NCBI GenBank assembly: GCA_030265395.1
Contig: JARFYF010000104.1
Span: 26,309,055-26,373,054, forward strand
Length of the DNA: 64,000 bases
DNA from: Rhina ancylostomus
Taxonomy: Eukaryota
Direction: 5' to 3'
The position numbers and the translations under genes were made by a program. The notes under the pieces are model-generated. The model made no database searches. It was not told where the DNA came from and saw nothing but the letters and a program-made list of their open reading frames with translations. Of the stretch, positions 23,592-37,660 are shown one piece after another. Position 1 is the stretch's first letter, and every line of letters starts with the position of its first letter.

Positions 23592-25534
23592 CTGAGAAAA
23601 GGACACAAGGCTTAAAAATATTGGGCAAATAGCTACGAGGTACAACTTACAAAGACCATCCCTAAGTGGAGCATCCTGAGTGGACTAGTTGATTTTTATG
23701 TAGGATTAATCAACAGCGTGTTCTCAAATTAGTCTAAAGTGTAGTGGCAACATGGACATACTTGTACAGATCTGAAATCACAATAATCTTCTTGGTTTGA
23801 AGCAAAACTGAAAAAGGTTTATATTATAATACCAATAGACTATTATTGACTTTAATAATCATTAAACGGAAGAACAAATATTGCATAATACCTAGCATTC
23901 TGTTGATTCCCACATAGAGAGTTCCCAATACCAGGAATGTCAGTAGAAATGGTACTAGGTGGATCTTGCCTGTACAGAATGGACAGGCTGCTCTTCAGAA
24001 GGCTGGAGATACTCTTAACTATTATAGAAAACTGGATGCATACACATAATATACATTAGTAGTTGAAACAAAACTGGAGACTGAGGTACATTAATAAGAG
24101 GAGAGACTTAGGACAGGTTGCTTTCGAGGCTGTTGAATCTACAAGTGGAATTAGTAATCGATGCAGAACATATCATCATTTAGGAATAGGTCCCTTTAAA
24201 AAATATAAAGGAATATGGGAACGAGATGAGCTGCAGCATTAGAACTATTGCTATGTGGAAGATATACACCAATGTGTGGAAATAGGATTACGTAGCACCG
24301 CCTTTCAGTGTAAGACATAATCAAATTTCAATGAAAAATGAAAGATAATCAAAAATCGGTGATGTGGCTTGCATTTGCTCCAGATGCTCCATAATTTTCA
24401 ATCAGGCCTGCACTGCCCATGGGACACTCATGCAGAAGCAAGCTTTCATAAGAGCTGTTGAGGCCAGAATCAGTGAGATTTAAAGTGGTCCTGCATCAGC
24501 AGATTTCAGGACAACAGCGGGAACTGCTCTGGTGGGTGCTGTTTAATGTTTGTTCTTGCCTGGCTCTGCATTGGACCCCTCCTCCATCACAAATCGCAAG
24601 CCCAACCAATGCTCAAAAGCCCATCCATCAAGCCCCTCCTGTGCCTACCAATCCTATCCCCCAACCGCTAGGCGTACACCCTTATCCCAACTACTGACGT
24701 GCCCTAGACCGACAGCCAATCCTCACTCTAATCAACCCTTCCCCCACCATCCCCAGGGTTCTTTCTCGGGAGCCTGGACCTGACCCTGTACTGAACCTGT
24801 TTTCTTTTCTGTGCTCAACACAGGAAGACATATGAAGAGAAGACCTTGAGTGTGCGAGGCAATTCAGTAACGTTTGATGCCTTGGGCAATATTACAGCAG
24901 TGGGTTCTTGAAGCAAACTTCCGTTGGTGCATCACAAACTATCTGACTAAATTGCCCAGAGAGGGCCTGACAAATTCATGGGCACAACTCTTTATGGCTG
25001 GGCTGGACAGCATGCTTCACTGCTGTAGGTTTTGTGATTCTCTGTTAACAAGTGAAAGTATTCCCAGTATCTTGTCTGTCAGTGGCAAGATCTGCCCTTC
25101 TTGGTGGTAGACATCATAATGCTGATAAACCAATTTTAAATCATTGTCTGAATACCCAGAAGATGGCCCCCAATTGCTTAAAAATAAGAGCATTTAGTAC
25201 AATAAATTCAAACTAGCAAAATCATGACCTTAAAGTACATACTCAACAAAACTGCTCTATGTACTGGTTGGAAATTTTCTTGAGAAAAGGAGCAGGAATG
25301 AGGTTTTCCCTGGAACCAGCCAGACTCCCCTTTATCATCCAACATAAGGACACATTGTAGCCCATGTCACTTTTATTCCAAGCATCTACCCGCCTTTTCT
25401 TCTTCCCTTCAGATCAGTATCAATCAGCACTCTCACTTGATATAATACAATCACCAACTTCTCTCGGTCCACACTCCACACACTCTCTTTCCATTCAATA
25501 CCACTTATGTCTAAACATTGTTTGTATTGCAGCT

Positions 25535-26208
25535 CTTTAGTTCAGTTTGACAGGAAGCTGGTTAACAGAGTCAGTGCACATGGAACTGGCATGGATTGAG
25601 AACTGGTTGCTGGACAGAGAGCAAGGAGTGGGAATGAATGGACAGGTTGACAGGCTCGGACCAGTGCAGTAGCACAAGGATTCGTGCCTAGGCCCCTGCT
25701 AATCACGGGTCTTATTGACAATTTGGCTGAGGGGACCAAAAGTCATTGTTTCCAAGTGTGCTGATGATATAACACTAGGTGGGATTCTATGTAGAGAGGA
25801 AGTTTTAAAGAGCCTTCAAAGGTGTATAGATAAGCTAAGCGAGTGGGCAAAAGTATGGATCGTGGAATATGATGTGGGAAAATGTGAAGTCATGCACTAA
25901 GGTGCACAAAAAGGAAAGACAGAGTACNNNNNNNNNNNNNNNNNNNNNNNNNNNNNNNNNNNNNNNNNNNNNNNNNNNNNNNNNNNNAAAAGTCACTGAA
26001 AATTGACATGCTTGTGCAGCGGCGAATTAGAAAGGTAAATGATATACGGCATTTATTATGAGAGGATTCAAGTGCAGAGGTGAAGATGTCTCACTGCAAT
26101 TACATACTGCCTTGGTGACCACAACTGGAATAGGGTGATTAGTTTGGATCTTTCTCCCTGAAGAGAGGACATACTTGCCAAAGGGGGAATGCAGTGAAGA
26201 TTTACTAG
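25535..26208 (+). mobile_element. CR1 ORF2 (RT C-terminal) fragment, 5' part
   Basis: ORF 25715..25900: SKCADDITLGG...LQRCIDKLSEWAKVW..EYDVGKCEVMH (FADD-type RT motif). Confidence 0.85.
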
Positions 26209-27021
26209 TAAATAATAAAAACTGCAGGAAGTATAAAGGAGCTAATGTTTCCAGTTGAAGACTCTTTGTCAGAAAATAAGTTTATATCAAGCTGCAGGGA
26301 GTATGGGGGAGGGGGCAGAGGGATGGATCAGACAAGGGGAATATCTCTGACAGGGTGAAGCCAGGGTTGCCCTGGAGATAAGCTGTAAATGAGGCCATCT
26401 TGTTGATCAGTTAATGGGAGCATTTAGGGAGAGGGAACATTGGTCATAAAAACTATGGAATGAGCCAGTTAAAGCGTGAGACTACAGGCAAAAGGATGCA
26501 AACATTGCAAATGCAGGACTGCATGAACGACCCAGCAGGCTTATTCTATTCCACAGAAGGTGAATTACCCAAAGTGGTGGAATTCAATATTGAATTTAGA
26601 AGAATACAATGTCCCCAGACAGATAAGTGCTGTTCCTCAATCTTATGTAGGACCCTATGATAAAATTACAGGAGGCCACAGACAGATAGGTCAAAGTGGG
26701 ATTGGGACAGAGAATTAAAGTGGCAGGCATTAGGAAGCTCAGGACTGCCCCTGTGGACTGAGCACAAGTACTCCACAAAGCATTTGTAGAGGAGATCACA
26801 TAGTGAACACTGGATTGTAAGAAGTGCAAGTGGAAAAACTGTTTGGGTCCCTGGATGATGGGAAGGGAGGAGGTTAAAGGACCAGTGTTACATCTCCTAC
26901 AGTTGCATGGAGAAGTGCTGTAAGGAAGGGATTAAGTTCTTGGAGAAGGAAGAGTGGACTAGGAGTTGTAAAGTGATCAGAGCCTTGGAAAAATGGGAGG
27001 GGAGGGAAAGATGAGACTCCT
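26209..27021 (-). mobile_element. Penelope-like fragment nested inside CR1
   Basis: ggaattcaatattg...gctgttcctc...ttaaagtggcaggc...gaagtgcaagt matches the GIY-YIG-coding DNA at 10.3-10.6 kb. Decayed hammerhead motif at ~26241-26275. Confidence 0.75.
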
Positions 27022-27440
27022 AGTGAAGATTCACTGGATTGGTTCCAGGGATGGTGGGTCTGCCCCATAAGGAGAAATTGAGTTGACTGGGCTGGTAAAA
27101 CCTCAAGTTTAGAAGAATTCCTACAAGGCTCGACATGTGAGAGAATGTTTCTCCTAGCTGCGGAGTTTGGAACCAAGGACACAGTCTCAGAAATAAGAGG
27201 TGGGTCATTTAGCACAAAGATGAGAAGGTCATGCAGACGATAGTGAATCTTTGAAATTTTATACCCTGGAGTTCTGTGGAGATCCAGCGTAAATTGAGTT
27301 TGATAGATTTTGAATTTTGAGGGAATTAAGAGATTGAGAAATTGACACTGCGGTAGGAAATCAGCCATGATCTTGATGAATGGCAGAAATGGCTCAAGGA
27401 GATGAATAGCCTACTCCTGTTTTTAAGTCTTATGTTCTTA
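27022..27440 (+). mobile_element. CR1 3' part (continuation of the 25.5 kb copy)
   Basis: Resumes at agtgaagattcactggattggttccagggatg and ends in the cctactcctg...cttatgttctta tail. Confidence 0.8.
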
Positions 27441-27913
27441 AATTCTAAGTCATTCACATACAAGTTGATAATTTCAGTGTTGTTTAAGGGCAAAGTACAG
27501 AGTGGTGAAAGGGTATCAGGAACACTTTATACTGAGTTATTCCATCCTCAGTTTTCAAGTAGAACTTAGAAATTTGAAGGTGTTGTTCCCTTTCTAAAAA
27601 AGCACTGAGAAACCCGATGAGTTTACACAATGCCCCAGTTGCTTCTTGGTCCACTGTTGCAGATTTTACTTTTTGTATCTAGATTTTCGAAAACTGAATT
27701 CATATTCTTAAATTGCACTCTCTCTTAATTAAAATTAAACTCTCTCTTTACCACTATGATATCATCTGCGCAGCATTATACATGGTTTTCAGCCTACAAC
27801 ACCCACAGGGAGAAAGCTATAGCGCAGCCTAATCAGTGATGGATTTCCGTGCTCTTCATCATCCCTTTCCTTTGTGCTCCCTGCCATCTGGCTGCTTCCT
27901 GCTGTTCTCTTAC

Positions 27914-27996
27914 CTCTGTGCTCACTGCCTCGTCTGAAGGGTTGATGAGGACAACGGTTTCCAAAACATCACTTCTGTGGTGAAGGATTTTCTGGC
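27914..27996 (-). CDS. MAP1B: MAP1B exon 3 (83 nt), GQKILHHRSDVLETVVLINPSDEAVSTE
   Basis: Peptide matches the recalled vertebrate MAP1B N-terminal region. Acceptor ...ttaatAG at 27997-27998, donor GTAAGA starting at 27913. Phase 1 start, phase 0 end. Confidence 0.96.
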
Positions 27997-28879
27997 CTAT
28001 TAAGGGAAAAATGCACATGAATTTTTTTTCTACTTCAATGTACATGCTTTCTATAATAAATTCTAATGCATTCAATGCAGAACAATCACTTGAACATTTT
28101 CATTACAAGTTATGTTATTCCTATTACTTAATGTTAACATATCATCACAAATAGTTCATGGAGGTTTGACACAGATTTCAACTAATTAGTGTGCAGTGCT
28201 GGGAGAGCCTTAAACTATGCCCCATCTACAACAAGCCCTTGCAATAAAAAAATGTGTGTGAATAAAAATCAAAAGAATTCAAGGTATGCTGGGTAATTAA
28301 TCCTTGAAAGAATATTTGCTCCTTCGAAGACATGCTCATTGCCCATCAAACTCAAATACAGGCGCAAGAACACTGAAGGTGAATATACATCTCATAGAAC
28401 ATAGGATGATTGCACAATGGAAAGAGACCATTTAGCCCACTAAGTCAGTGCTGGCTCCTCGTGCAATAATCTCCTCAATTCATTCCCCACAGCCCTGTAT
28501 ATTATTTTCTCTCAAGTGTCTGAGCAATTTGCTGATTGATTCTGCTTCCATCATCCCCAAAGGCAATGGACTCTTGATCCTAACAATACTTGGCATATAA
28601 AAAAATTTCCTCACACTCCCCTGCTATCTTTAGCCCAAGATTTTAAATCTGTGCACCACAGTTCAGATTCCTCTATTTACCCTTCAATTTGCTAGAATCA
28701 TTTTTATTCATTTGTTGCAGACTATTTTATGTTAACTTATTAATTGAATAGTGGGAACTCATAGGAATTATTAAAATGAACAACAATCTATTTTCCTGGG
28801 CTCTTTCACTGCACAGTGATAAAAAGTAAATTGATAATAATTTGATAAATTAAAACAAAAAAATGTCCATTCCTAAAGG

Positions 28880-29460
28880 GCTACATACAAACATATGAAC
28901 TAAGAACAGGAGTAAGTCATATGCCCTGACAGTTCTGCTCTGCTACTTAATAAGATTATGACTGATCTGATTGTAATTTCAACTCCACATTACCATCTAC
29001 CCACAAAAACCTTTCAGCCTGGATTATCAAGTATCTACCTACCTGTGTCTTAATCATATTCAAATTCTCTGCTTCCACCACCCTTTGAGGAAGAGTTCCA
29101 TAAACTCACTGCCCCTCGAGGGAAAAAAAAATTGCCTCATCTCCATCTTAAATGGGGAACCCATTATTTTTGAACAGTGATCCCTAGCTATAGATTCTCC
29201 TGTGACAGGAAACATTGTCTTCACAAATACCCTGTAAAGACCCCTTGGGATTTTATATATTTCATTGAAGACCTCTTTTCTAAACTTCAACAGATACAAG
29301 CCTGGCGTGCCCAATCTTTCCTCGTAAATCCATTTGGCCATTCCACTTATTAATCTAGTAAACCTTCAGTAAACTGCTTCCAATGCATTGACATCTTTCC
29401 TTAAAAAGGGAGATTGATACAGTACTGTAGATGTGGTCTCACCAGTGCCCTATATCACAG
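28880..29460 (-). mobile_element. CR1 LINE 3' fragment
   Basis: ORF 29060..29341: YEERLGTPGLYLLKFR...EIYKIPRGL. Tail catatgaactaagaacaggagta. Confidence 0.8.
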
Positions 29461-30859
29461 AAGTGTAATCTCATTCCATGTGTATTCAGTTCCCCTAACC
29501 TCTGGTGAATCATCCACTACCACACCCAGATCCTTTCTTTGTCTTTGTTCCCTACTTAATAAATATCCTCCTTCGAAGTATGATAGCTGAATTTCAGCAA
29601 AGCCAAATAGCAATAGTATTGATCTGGCATTGTAAGATATTAGGACAATGTTACTTCCAAAATAAAAAATGAAGCTGAGTAATATTTCCCTCATCAGATT
29701 CTCCAAATGTTATTGTCTTACTCACTCACAAAGGCTTTCATAGAACCATAGAACAATACAGCATCTTTTGATAAATCACCTCAGCCATTTCTGCTGCAAA
29801 GAAAACAATTTCAGTGCCATCAGCTTCTCGTCAGAATTGACGTATCACATCCCATGGAATCAATGCCTAATCTTTTTTAAAAATTTAATAAAATAAATAA
29901 ATTAAATAAAGAGTTCACAAAACTGCACACAGTATTCTATCTGAGACCTAACCAAATGTTTTGTATACATTACAGAAAAATTAGTGACTTTATACGTCAA
30001 CACATAAAACACAGACTGTATTGGCTTATCTACACACAGCACTCAATTGACAAACCTCTCTCCTGACCCCTGGTCCACTCTTGATGACTTGCACCAACGA
30101 TGCTGATGGCCAAATAAAAAAGGCAGAAGATGAAGAAGACTGGTCAAAAACCAAGTGACAAGGAAGAACATGACTAAGCAGCAAAGAGTTAGGGTCTGGA
30201 ATGCACTACCAGGAGTAACACTGGAGGCAAATTCAATTGTGGCATTCAAAAGGGATCAGTACATGAAAGGGAAAATTTGCAGCACAAGGGCAAGGGGGTG
30301 GCAGTATGGAAATGCCTGGATTGTTCAAACATAGAGTTGGTCTGGACTCAGTGTGGTGAACAGTCTCCTTCCATGCTGCAATCGTTCTCTGATTCTGAAA
30401 TATACTGAACTTCAAGCATAATAATCACCAAAAAAAAATCAAAAAGTGTACTTAGAAGAAACTGACAAAGGAAGTAAGTGAGGCAAGTACTGTAGATGGG
30501 TTTGCAGGGAAGTCACACCAGCATGTGAGGAAGAAGGATATTTAGGATATGCCTGGTGGTGATAGATGAGGAAATGTGGAAGAGTAATAGGATGGGAACA
30601 GGCCCTTTGTCCCTCCAGCTGCACCCATCACCAACCACACATTTCACACCAGTCTTACATTAATCCTGTTTTTTATTTTCTCCATATTCACATCAACTAC
30701 CACACCCCCCCCCCAGCTTATACCACTCAACAACGCACTAGAGGCAACTTATAGTGACCAATCAGCCTCTCAAGACCTAACCTTGAAAGCAACACTAACA
30801 GCAACATTGCAAAGTGACCTGTTCTGTGCTCTATGTGATCTGTATCATTATTGTTTCTC

Positions 30860-31180
30860 AACAGGACCCTGACATGATTGACAGGGTGGAAGTTGAGAAA
30901 ATTTGCTCCAGTGGAGGTATCAAGAACTAAGGGACACAGTTTCAGAATAACAGGTAAACCACTTCAGACAGAGGTGAGGAGGAGTTTTTTTCTCTCAGAG
31001 GGTCCTGACTCTGTAATTCTCTATTCCAAACAGCTGTGGAGGTGGAATCATTGACTATACAGAAAGCTGAGAGTGAAAGAGCAGGAAAGTGAGGCCAGGA
31101 TTCAATCAGCCATCATGTAATTGAATGTTGCAGCAGACTCAAGGCCCAAATGGCCTATTCTTGCTCCTGTTCCTTGTGTT
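30860..31180 (+). mobile_element. CR1 LINE 3' end
   Basis: gacagggtgga...agaactaagggacacagtttcagaataa...aaatggcctattcttgctcctg. Confidence 0.75.
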
Positions 31181-33989
31181 TTCTACTTCTGTCAGAAAGC
31201 ATGGCCAAGTTGAAAGTTGTCTCCTTAATCTCCTGCCACAGTGTTACATGACCAGGATTGAGAAAAAAAAACTGGAACTAAAATATTAAAATAATTCTGC
31301 TGTACTCAGAACAATTAATTGTCCTGCAATATGACCTACTGCACTTTAAATAATTCCTGAGAAAGCCTTGATACTCAGTATGCACTATCTTCTGCCTGCA
31401 AGCAAAAATTAAGCATTGTACATCCTATTCCCATCACTTGCCTAATCCACTTCACTACGCCACTCATTGATGAGCAGATGTGGTCTACATCATCATTTCC
31501 ACGAGATTTGTGGCATCTGTGGGCCTCTGGAGACCTACTGGAATAGTTCCTCGAATGATCTTCTGGGATTGCACTGGAGAAATGAAATATTTCCAGCAAA
31601 AGATCCTTATCATGGAATCCCATGAGGAAAATAATATGAAGAAAATGATAGCAGAACACATTTCAAAATCTGCATTGAAACTGAAACCAGTGAAATAAAA
31701 TAATCAGAGCACCATAGACTCAATTTAAACAGAATTGAAATGAATCATCACAAGAGGTTCTTTCTATCCCCTCTTCCATCCATATGGAGTCAATTCCATT
31801 GGCATTAAGGCAGCCAGATCCTTCAGAAGTCACTGCAGCCAAAGTGCTACAGTCAGCACAGCTCTCTGACAGTGGCACTCCACATTCTCCATTAATACGA
31901 ACTGAGCTGTCAGCGCACTCAGCTCCCAGGAGGCCAGCCTCCAGGTTACATTGTGGATGTGCTCAGCAAATTGCCGGGCTGAATAATGAGAAGACTAGCA
32001 GCCAGAATACCAGCACAACCCACTTGCGAATTTTAGAGGCATGTACACTAAGTCACGACATTGTTTATTTGAACATTCCTCTCTGAGATTTCCAGCCACA
32101 TGTTGTGGCGTCGCTAATCTTGCCAAATAATTTACTTTTGATTTTAAAGTTTCACAAGTCAGAAAAAGATCAGTGATGGGTTTACATAATACAGGGGATA
32201 TGAAATAGGATTACTGCAACAGGTGAACATTGGATTTAAAATGTTCTGCTTGACCCACATGAAGTATTCATCAATAGCACAAGGAAGGAATGTACTGATG
32301 AAAACAAGTCCCCAAAAATTCCAGAGATTTGCAGCTGTTGCAGCAGAGCTCAGACAAATTGAGGGTGGGGGAGTGGGACTAGCTGGATTGCTCTTACATA
32401 GAACTGGTACCAACTGATGGGTTCAATGGCTTTCTCCCACACTGTGAGCATTTTTTCAGCCTCAAGATTACCCTCATTATTTCTCAACTGATTCCATGTT
32501 TCAGTTGTGTGATTTGTGCAAATGTCATTCATATTTTCCATCCTAGTCATGTATTGATTTTTGGGTAATAGCTTAATATCAAATCCTTGCAGCTTTAGAA
32601 AGAATAAATGACATATAAAATCTTTCATTTTTGGTTTGCATACTTTTAATAACTCAAACCTATAAGCCATAAATTTACAATCTCCAGCAACATTAAAAAT
32701 AGAGCATCAATAAGCTGATGGTTTTAGTTATTCAATATTATAATATTGCTTTATACTGAATGTGTATGGAGATCAAATAAGTAAACATGCATAATACACC
32801 TATTTCTCAACACAAAGCCTTTATAAATGTACAGTTTTCTACTTATTGTTAACTTTAAAAGTAATGTTGCTTAGATGCACTCACTAATTATACATTTTTG
32901 TTTCTCCTAAGATTGACTTTAGACATTTGAGTAAGTAGGCACAATTAGCTTTTGGAGTCTGCTGAAAGTGCCAACAAAAATATTTGGCAGCCATTAAGTT
33001 CTCTTCTACAAAGCACCTTAGCAGTGATATTATATGACAATCCCTTCATATGTAGTCTCCTGCAGCAGACATGTAAGATTGATTTATGTTTATTTGATAA
33101 ATAGTCATTTTAAATTCAAAAATGAATAAGGGGCTCTGAAAAGCTTGGCTGTACCACAAAGTTAGGCAGCAGCCTCCTTACAAGATGACTCATATCTCTA
33201 ATGATTCCCTCTAGTGCTGAGTTGAAGGCATCTAGCATTGGTACACTCATACTTTCCTGCAGCCAACATATCACTACACAATGTGTGGTTCAAACCTATA
33301 GGTCCTGCCTCATTGTCCTGCTGAATGAACAAGGGCATTGTGACCAGGACCTTAATCCTAGACATAGTCCACAAGGACACATTCTTCACCTTGGAACAAG
33401 CATTGTTTTGTTAATTCAATCAGACTTTTGTGCAAAATCATATGTTTGGCATGAGCGGCAATCAATCAATCCCTTTTTTCCTTGCAGTCGGCTACCAAAG
33501 GGCAGACAGCCTTTAGATGACACCACATTTCTTTCTGAGCCTGGAGGAGGATTCGCTTAACACTTTCAGTACTTCAGTGGATTTTATTTCTATCATTGAA
33601 ATGCCAAGAACACAATAAATGTAGTGTTGTTCATACTTGGCAGTAAAACCACATTCAAAAGAAAATTGATTTGTAAACTCTTAAGGTTTTATCTTCCATA
33701 ATTAAATTTTTTAAATCAATGCTTTGTAGGATGTTTGTAAGTACAGATTGAAGCACAATATAACTTTGATTCTATTCTTTCAAGAAGGAACTATGGCATC
33801 TCCTTTGTATAATTAAAGTGCCATGTTTTTATCCTGATTTTTTTCTGCTTCCTTTAAGGTATTTTTTTCTTGATAGGATTCAGCTGCAAGAAGTACATTC
33901 CCCTGAACAGTTTCCCTTCACCAACCCCAGCTGCCCGTCATGTTCCTTATTCTGCAGCATTGGATACATCCCATTCCCTCCCCTCATCC

Positions 33990-34560
33990 ATTACAATAGA
34001 ATTATATAGCACAGAGTGGGGCCCTTTTGCCCACCTCATCCATGTCGACTGTGATGCCAATCAATGCTAATCCCATTTACCTACATTAGGCCCTTATTCC
34101 TCTACGCCTTTCCTATCCAAGTACTTATCTAGATACCTTTTAAATGTTACATATCTGTCTCTACCACCTCCTCTGACAATTCATTCCAGAAAACCACCAC
34201 CCTCTGTGTGAAAAACTTCCCCTCACATCTCCTTTAAATTTCTCCCCTCTCACCTTAAACATGCCCGCTAGTTCTAGATTCCCTGCCTTGGGAAAAGAGA
34301 CTCTTATCTATCCTATCTATGCCCCTCATAATTTTATGAACCTCTGCAAGGTCACCCCTCAACCTCCTACCTTCCAGTAAGAATAAACCCAGCCTATCCA
34401 ATCTCTCCTTATAACTACAGCCCTCCATTTTAATCAACATCGTGGTGAATCTCTTCAGCACTCTCTCTACTGCTACTGGATCTTTCCTGTATGAGGTAAC
34501 CAGAACTGTACACAATACTCCAAGTACACTCTCACCAATATCTTGTACAGCTGCAAAACT
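33990..34560 (-). mobile_element. Relatively well-preserved CR1 3' end
   Basis: ORF 34255..34689: YRKDPVAVERVLKRFTTML...SYKERLDRLGLFLLEGRRLRGDLAEVHKIMRGIDR. Confidence 0.9.
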
Positions 34561-35475
34561 ACTCCTCAGTTTCTCTCTTGCCATTGTCCCAGGACTAAAT
34601 CGCTGTTGGACAAGCCTACAGTGGCCATTGCCCCCTCCTGAAGAGTCATTGTAATACATGGCCCATGCTTTCCTCACTGTGTAGGCCACTCACTTCTCAA
34701 GGAATTAAACTCACAAGCCTCCAACTCACCCTGCTCTCAGTAACTTCAATAGCGCATCGATCAAAAAGCTGTATTTTTCATTGTCGTTGTAGTACTAACA
34801 AAAGCAGGAGTCATGAGCAGAAGTTCATAGAATTTTTATTGTCTGGTTACCCTATATCCTCTTATCCAAAGAACTAAATTTAAAGTCTTATACCACACTG
34901 ACTCTGCAACCTCAAGTCCAAAATCCCACTTCCCACCTTGCTCCTCAGTTCCTGCACCATGATGTGAAAAGAAGGCTTTTGAATTCCTATAACCTCGACA
35001 ACCACGCTGGATAGATGCACAAATTAGGATTTAAACAATTCACTTCAGAGTGTACCGAAGGGGATTTGAGATAGCAGTCAAGCAATTTATTGATTTGTTC
35101 CTTTATTAGTGTTTTTTTTTCTTCTCCCAGAGCTTCAATGAGCCATATTATAACATCCTATTTACTGAAATGGCTGAGTATAATTGTGTAACTGAGTCTC
35201 TGTTACATATTAAGAAGATGAAATGAAATATAATGCTTTTATGATATTATTAGAATAGATTCACTTCAGGTTGTGTTATTCTTATCTGATATTACTTTAT
35301 TATAATGATACCTCCTGGTACCAAGATAGCTCATGGAGTGTGGTATCAGATATCTATAAGCAAGAAAGATCATTATTAGCAAGCACTCAAAATCAGCTTT
35401 GATAGCTTTTGGGCAGATGTTCAACTCCGTGGAATCAGGTATAATTTAGGCATTTCAAAAAAGAGGTTTACTAGT

Positions 35476-35580
35476 GCAGCTGATGAAAGGTCATCAATCT
35501 GAAATGTTAACTCTGTTTCTCTCTCACCAATTACTGCCTAATCTACTGAGTATTTTCAGCATTCCTTGTTTTAATTTCAA
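35476..35580 (+). mobile_element. Penelope tail with hammerhead core CTGATGA...GAAA
   Basis: ctgatga-a-aggtcatcaatct-gaaa-tgttaac at 35480-35511, followed by the standard tail. Confidence 0.7.
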
Positions 35581-37164
35581 CCTTTACTCCTCTATGCTTT
35601 TCTCTGATGCTAGTTCTGTACTTTTCCAGCAATGCAAGGCTAGATGCATATTGTCATACAACTTCAATATGGGTAGGATCTACTAAGAAGCGTTTATTCA
35701 GTAACAGTGGCTGAATATGAATCAAGATTGCCCCTTGCCCATTTGTGACATAAACCCAAGTCAATCCATTCCATACGCTGTATCCATAAGTAATCTTTAG
35801 GGGGAAATCAGAAAACTGGCAAGTTGCCAGGAACATGTGGAAGGAACATCATTGCCCCTCATTATTTAAAGTTCCTGGCTGAGGCAGAAATTGTTAGCTA
35901 AAAATAATCAGATGAAATTTTACCATTAAAACCTGCTCATATCTATACCATTTATCGAAAACGCATTAAAAGTAGCTGAATTCCTGTTCTGCTGTCACTT
36001 TCAGAGCGTGGAGGATGGGGTAACCATAATTCTGTTTGTCTCTATTGTGAATTTTCCAGGAGGTGCAGGAACAGATTGTAACAGCCATGACCCAGAGTCT
36101 GCTGCGGCATTGAGAACACTGCAAAGATTTTGTGGAATCAGTCATCATGAATCAAGTAGAAATTCAGTGTTTTCACTATCTTCACAATGCTGCAAGATTG
36201 GTGTGTGGTGCATGAAGTATGCAAAGTCCATTACCTTTACATTTGCCACAATACTTTCATCCCTCCATTTCCTTTTCACGCCATGTCAAACTTTTTTTAT
36301 ACTCCTTGATTCTAAAACTGTAAACACACTTATTTCCAAAAAGCCACTGATAATAATTAATCATTTCCAGGCAGCTGGTTAGTGAAGCACTTCACTTGGC
36401 ACTTGGTCAGCCAAGATGTAGCCCATCTGTTCCAGAATGTCTGATGACCAACATTTAATGTATTGCTGCCACAAACAGCTCTTAAAATGTCAAATACTTC
36501 TAAAATCCCTTTTATATTTTCTCTCACTGAAAGAAATGATGTTTTGCACATTTCCAGAGCTGAAGATTATTTTTTCAATGTGGCACTCTATAGACCATTT
36601 CATAAGAAGATCAGACTATATATTATTGGGTACAGGATTCAAACACTGGGCACTAAAAGGTTATGACTGGTTGAGATGGAAGGCCTTATGCTATTTACAG
36701 TAATCTTGCCCCGCATTTGCACAAACTCATTCACTCACTGAGGGAAGTGTTTAACCTGCTTCCAGCATGTGACCATGCTGCTCTAAGCTTCACAATGGAG
36801 CAAAGCAGAACTAGAGATAGTTTCCCCTCAGAGTTCCCTCTCTGTGAAAGGGCTTTGCCAGGCTTGAATGCCTGTTTCAGATCAGCGACTCATAAATATT
36901 CAGTGCAGATCTTAAATATATTATTTTATGTAAACTCCCAGACTACCAGTCCTCCCTTATCCTCACACACCATATTTTCCTCTGCAGATGAAGGAAACTG
37001 TACAACAATAGATTACTAGCATCAGATCCTCTTGCTGAGGTGGGCTATCGGGCCTATGGTTGGTGTGGTGTGTGCCACACAATAATCAATCCCACAGCAC
37101 AGACTTCAGGATGCCCAAGTACTAGTCCACTGTTTCTGACAGTATAGCATGTCTGCATTACTGA

Positions 37165-37660
37165 AACAACAAAAATACTGCTGATGCTGGAAATCTGAAA
37201 CAAAAACAGAAAATGCTGGAAACACTCAACAGGTCAGGCAGTATATGTGTAGAGAGAGAAACTACTGCCCTCCACAATCAATATTGAATTCTCCAGCTGT
37301 CGTTAACTCACTTTCACGGTATACTGGCCATTTTGGCTGTATCATCTGCGATATTAGCTCAGTGCCTTATCAACCTCTTCAACAGCATACCCTGACCTGC
37401 CATTTGCAACACATTTTTGTCACTCTCTAACTGCTCCACTAGCAACACCTCCCCACAGCAACCTTGCCCTCATCCTATCAGATATAATCCTTTCATTTTA
37501 CCCCACTCCACACTCACCTCCACTGCAGCTTAAAACTTATTTCCCTCTTCCCCACTTCTGATGAAATGTCTTCGACCTGAAATTTTAACTTCATTTCTCT
37601 TTCCACAGATGCTGCCTGACCAGCTGAATTTTTCCAGAACTTTCTGTTTTTGTTTCACTC
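37165..37660. mobile_element. Penelope fragment with inverted tails
   Basis: Minus-oriented tail ~37170-37262 and plus-oriented tail ~37556-37657 containing ctgatga...cgacctgaaa. Confidence 0.7.
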
